Assembly (NCBI GenBank): GCA_966185905.1
Contig: CBIFVU010000001.1
Location: forward strand, 1-60,036
Length of the DNA stretch: 60,036 bases
Source of the DNA: an uncultured Lysobacter sp.
Lineage (GTDB): Bacteria > Pseudomonadota > Gammaproteobacteria > Xanthomonadales > Xanthomonadaceae
Direction: 5' to 3'
Position 1 is the first letter of the stretch. Each line of letters opens with the position of its first letter. The position numbers and the translations under genes are program-made. Below the pieces are notes generated by a model. The model ran no database searches and was not told where the DNA came from. It worked only from the letters and a program-made list of their open reading frames with translations. Of the stretch, positions 56,201 to 60,036 are shown piece after piece.

Positions 56201-57220
56201 ATGCCGCAGCGCTTGCCCGCACGCCCCTTCCTGGCCTTGGCCGCGGCCCTCGCCGCCGGCATCGCCGCACCGGCCGCGCTCGCCGCCGGCGCGCCCAAGG
56301 ACGAAACGCGCACGCTGCTGATGCCGGAGGACCAAGCGGGCCAGCCCTACACCTGGTCGCTGCAGGACGGTACCGAGCTGATCCGTTCCACCGTCGCCGC
56401 CGATGGCACGCTCACGGTGATGCGCCGCGCCGGCCACGAGCGCTACCTGCTCGACACGCGCCACGGCCGCCTGCCGGTGGCGATCACACCGGAGTGCTGG
56501 AAGCAGTCGGGCGCCGCGTTCGAGGAATGCCTGCAACCCGGCCAGTGGGAAGAATCTTCGTACCAGAAGGAAGAGCGCGCCGAACGCGAGCGCCGCGACC
56601 CGGCCGGCGCCCAGCGCCGCCGCGCGCGCTGGGAATGGACCGGGCTGGACCTCAAGCAATCCGAGACCATCGCCATGAACGCGGTGTTCAACATCGCCAT
56701 GGCGGCGAACGGCAAGCTGGCCGAGGTCAAGGCCGAGCATTTCGATTGCGCCCAGTCGGCCGTATCGGTGCCGGCGATCCCGCCCGAATCGGCGGCGCCC
56801 TGGGCGCAGGCCCAGCGCCTGGGCTTGAAGGGCGACCAAGCCGAAGCGGCGCTGGTGGCTGCGGCCAAGCTGGGCAACTGGCGCGCGGCCTCGGCCCTGG
56901 TCCAGATCGCGCTGGACGATCCGGAAGACGACCAGTCCGCGCCGCGCCTGGTCGCCTGGCTGGTGCAAGCCAGGGCGCCGGCCGGGGTCAACCGCCTCGC
57001 CGATCAGAATTTCGCCGGCGAGGCCGCCCAGGCGCGGCGCGAGGATGCGGTGGAACGCGGCGACTCGGATCCGGCGCTGGTCTATCGCTGGTACGCCGCC
57101 CAGACCGGCGACCCGGAAGCGCAGTGGCGGCTCGCCGAGCAGTTCGCCGCGCGCGATCCGGAGCTGTCGCGCCGCCTGCGCGCCTGCGTGGCCGAACGCT
57201 TCCCCGACTTGGCCAAGTGA
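56201..57220 (+). CDS. Secreted protein with Sel1-like helical C-terminus
   Basis: Signal peptide; AAKLGNWRA and WYAAQTGDPEAQWRLA motifs. Confidence 0.75.
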   Translation: MPQRLPARPFLALAAALAAGIAAPAALAAGAPKDETRTLLMPEDQAGQPYTWSLQDGTELIRSTVAADGTLTVMRRAGHERYLLDTRHGRLPVAITPECWKQSGAAFEECLQPGQWEESSYQKEERAERERRDPAGAQRRRARWEWTGLDLKQSETIAMNAVFNIAMAANGKLAEVKAEHFDCAQSAVSVPAIPPESAAPWAQAQRLGLKGDQAEAALVAAAKLGNWRAASALVQIALDDPEDDQSAPRLVAWLVQARAPAGVNRLADQNFAGEAAQARREDAVERGDSDPALVYRWYAAQTGDPEAQWRLAEQFAARDPELSRRLRACVAERFPDLAK

Positions 57221-57236
57221 GCCGGCGCGGGCCGAG

Positions 57237-59379
57237 TCACAGCACCGCGCAGGTCAGGCCGATCCGCACCGACTCGCCGACCCCGAGCCGGCCCAGCACC
57301 GCGCCGGCGCCTTCCAGGTCGGCCAGGCTGATCGAGCCCGGACAGGCTGCGCCTTCGCAGGTCGGCGGCGCGGTGCAGCGCAGGCCGCTGCGCTCGCCCG
57401 GCGGATCGCGCACGATCGCGCCTTCCACTTCGTCCGGGCCGTGGTTGGTGATGGTCAGCACGTAGGTGGTGTCGGCGCCGCTGGTCACGGTGTCGTCGTC
57501 TTGGTCCACATCGCCGTTGGCGCCGGGCGTGTTGGTCTTGGCGATGGACAGGTCGGCCAGCGGGTCGCGGGTGTTGGTGAAAGTGCAGACGATGTCGGCG
57601 CCGTCGTCGGTGGCGGCGCTGTCCAGCAGCACCCGCCGGTTGGGCAGGTCCACCGTGGCCGTGCCGCCGGCGGCCATGCCGGTGCAGTCGATCGCGCTGA
57701 GGCTGTAGCCCGGGGTCGGCGCTTCGGTGATGGTGGTGGGCGTGGCGAGCTCGGCCAGGGCCAGGCGCGGGCCTTGCGCGGGGGTGTCGGCGGCGGTGGT
57801 GGTCAAGGTCTGCGCGACCACGCCGTTGTCGCCGCTGAAGTCGAACGAGGCCGCACCGCGGCGGCTGATCTTGCGCAAGGTCAGCAAGGGCGTGGCCAGT
57901 TGCAGGCGCACTTGGCCGCTGTCGCGGTCGTTGTCGGGGTTGTAGTCGTTGTTGGTCGGGTCGGCGTCGCCGTCGGGCGCCTCGCGGCCGAGGCGGAGTT
58001 GCACGGTGTAGTCGCCGTCCGCGGTCGGCGCATCCACGCGCAGCGGCAAGGTAAAGCTGGTGCTGCCGCCGGCCGCGCCGGGCGAGGCAGCCGCTTCCAA
58101 CGGCGTGGGATCGAGCGCGCAGGTGACGACCGTGTTGGCGCTGTCGGCGCTGCATCCCGGCGGCAGCGGGCCCGCGCTCCAGCCTTCGGGCAAGGTGGCG
58201 ATCAGGGTGAAGCCGTCGTCGCCATCGGTGGCGCCGGGGCCGTAGTTGGTGACGCTGATGGTCATCTCGCGGGTCTGGCCGTGACGGATGTAGGTCTGGG
58301 CCGGCACGGTCAGCGACACGCCCAGGTCGGGCAGGCCGTTGATCTCCAGGGTGCAGGAGGCGTCCTGCTCGTTGGCCAGCGCGATGCCGGTGATGCAGGT
58401 GCCGGACGCGACGTAGGTGTTGTCGGCGATCCCGGCCGGGCGTCCGCTGACCTCGGCCTGGTAGCCGTTGCCGGGCAGCACGTAGATTTCCTGGTCGTAC
58501 TGCATGGTGTCGAGGTTGTCGGCGGGGCTGGCGTGCGGCGTGTGGTCGGCGCCGGTGGTGCCGGCGCCATTTTCGAGCAGACGCCCGGACTGAGTCAGGT
58601 CGACCCGCCAACCGTCCGTGCCCAGGCGCTGCTCCCAGGCGAAATCGACGAAGCCCATCACCGCCGAGTGGCGCGCCTGCTGCAAGCGGCCGCAATATGA
58701 TGTTGACGCCGTCGAAGCCTTCGCCGCCGGCCTGGGTGTACAGGCCCGAGACCACCCGGGTGTTGTCGTTCAAGGGGCAGAAGGGGCCGCGCCGCACATG
58801 CGCCGGCCGCCCGGAGACGCTCTCGCGCACGCCGGCCTCGACCAGGGCCGCGGGGCCGGTGTCCATCCGCACCCAGTCGGCGCCGTCCAGGGTCAGCGTG
58901 CTGCAGCGCAGCTCCAGCGCCGAGGCCCAGGGCGGGTATTGGCCGTTGCTCCATTCGCGGTCCCAGCCGCCGGCCTGGTGCGCCAACTGCCCGCTCGGGC
59001 AATAGTCGGTGCGTTCGGTGCCCGGCGCGCTGTAACCGCGCGAGAGCACATCGGGGTTGCCGTCGGGATTGCGCGGTATCACGGTGATGGTGCTGCCATC
59101 GGTGACGATGCCGCCGCAGTAGATGCCGACCTGGTTGGTCATGCCGGAGGTGGCGGCCGAGACCCCGGTCATGGACCGGTCGCGGTGGTACAGCCCGCGC
59201 AGAATCGTGCCGGCCGGGCAGCGCAGCGCGCCGCTGCCGACGTCGTTTTTGTTGCTGCCCACGGTGCCGGTGGTGGCGTTGTCCTGCAACACCCCGATGC
59301 CGGCCTGGGCCCGCGCTTGGCCGCCGGCCAGCGCGCAGAGAGCGAACAGGGATACGAGGGCAGGCGCGCGCAGGGGCAT
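57237..59379 (-). pseudogene. Frameshifted DUF11-family secreted protein, short paralog of the giant adhesin (713 aa if repaired)
   Basis: AAGGAG plus ATG at 59379. The minus strand reads GGC GTC AAC ATC [A] TAT TGC GGC CGC; removing base 58698 restores GVNIYCGRLQQARHS, which aligns with GVNVYCGQLVQARHS of the giant gene. Confidence 0.88.
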
Positions 59380-59582
59380 CGGCGTCTCCTTTCGGCTGCG
59401 TGCGGGCTGGGACAGGCCGCAACGCGAGCGCTGCGCGGCCTGCCTGCGGGACGCGCCGATCGCGTCCTCGCGCGGGTCCGTCCCGCACATCGGCCCGGCG
59501 GCGGAACTATCGGCCGGGCATATGAATCTCTTCGCACTTGAATCATCGTCTGATGGTTTTTTAGCATCCTGCGGCAAGTCCG

Positions 59583-59624
59583 ATGGCAGATATTCACCGA
59601 TATCAAATATCGGCAAATTGCCAT
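59583..59624. promoter_or_regulatory. Nested palindromes in the AT-rich promoter upstream of the DUF11 paralog
   Basis: CCGATAT-CAA-ATATCGG (59597-59613), GGCAA-A-TTGCC (59612-59622), and flanking ATGGCA/TGCCAT. Confidence 0.45.
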
Positions 59625-60036
59625 ACAAGAGGTGCACGGCCCCGTGCCGACGGCGGCCGCCCGCGGACCCGCGTTACCGCCATGGCGAAGGCGCTGCGAG
59701 CCGGCACTCCTGCCCATTTGCCCTTGGTAGGAACGGCGCCCCGCCGCGATCGCACCCCGCACCGCAGCTCGCGCAGCCGCCAGACCGACGCCAAGGGCAA
59801 ACCGCCTGGCCGCCACGGGCTCGGCAAGCAGACAGGCGCTGGGATCATCCCGCCCACCGTCCGGGCTTCGACTTGGCCTCGCACTCATGCGCTGCGCGCA
59901 ATCGAGCGCCGATGCCATCGGCATCGAGCGGACTCGGCCTCCGGCCTTCAACCATCGAGCGACACCGCCGACCAACCGCACCGCCTCGCTGCCTCGGTTG
60001 GCAAGATCCCGCGCAGGACGGCAGGTCCGCTGAGTC

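Noticed and set aside
59603-60036. ORFs at the right edge
   Set aside because: Low-complexity GC-rich translations without recognisable features; treated as intergenic.

Overview
High-GC accessory region, most consistent with a Xanthomonadaceae genome such as Lysobacter. This is inferred from the multi-domain GH18 chitinase, the XrvA-type H-NS, the Grx-HesB-rhodanese fusion and the DUF11/OmpA giant protein. No rRNA, tRNA, CRISPR array, transposase or integrase was seen. The main feature is a compact locus at ~13.1-25.8 kb. One half is a lasso-peptide biosynthetic operon: a 55-aa precursor with predicted core AHNHGTLWDGIFPTTSPA, a B leader peptidase and a C cyclase. Its promoter carries a perfect Zur-type box (TGTTATAATATAACA), shared with a divergent ParB/Srx-like gene followed by an ABC exporter. 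Facing it is an operon of a TonB-dependent receptor, two DUF3526-type permeases and an ABC ATPase, preceded by a second Zur-like palindrome. Together these suggest a zinc-starvation-induced, His-containing lasso peptide that may act as a metallophore (hypothesis). The rest of the window holds surface adhesins (an autotransporter cut by the window edge, a 2820-aa DUF11/OmpA protein with a frameshifted paralog, and a YadA-type trimeric autotransporter), secreted glycan-active enzymes, several XRE regulators, a two-component system and small accessory genes. Most long ORFs in the supplied track are GC-rich antisense or alternative-frame shadows.
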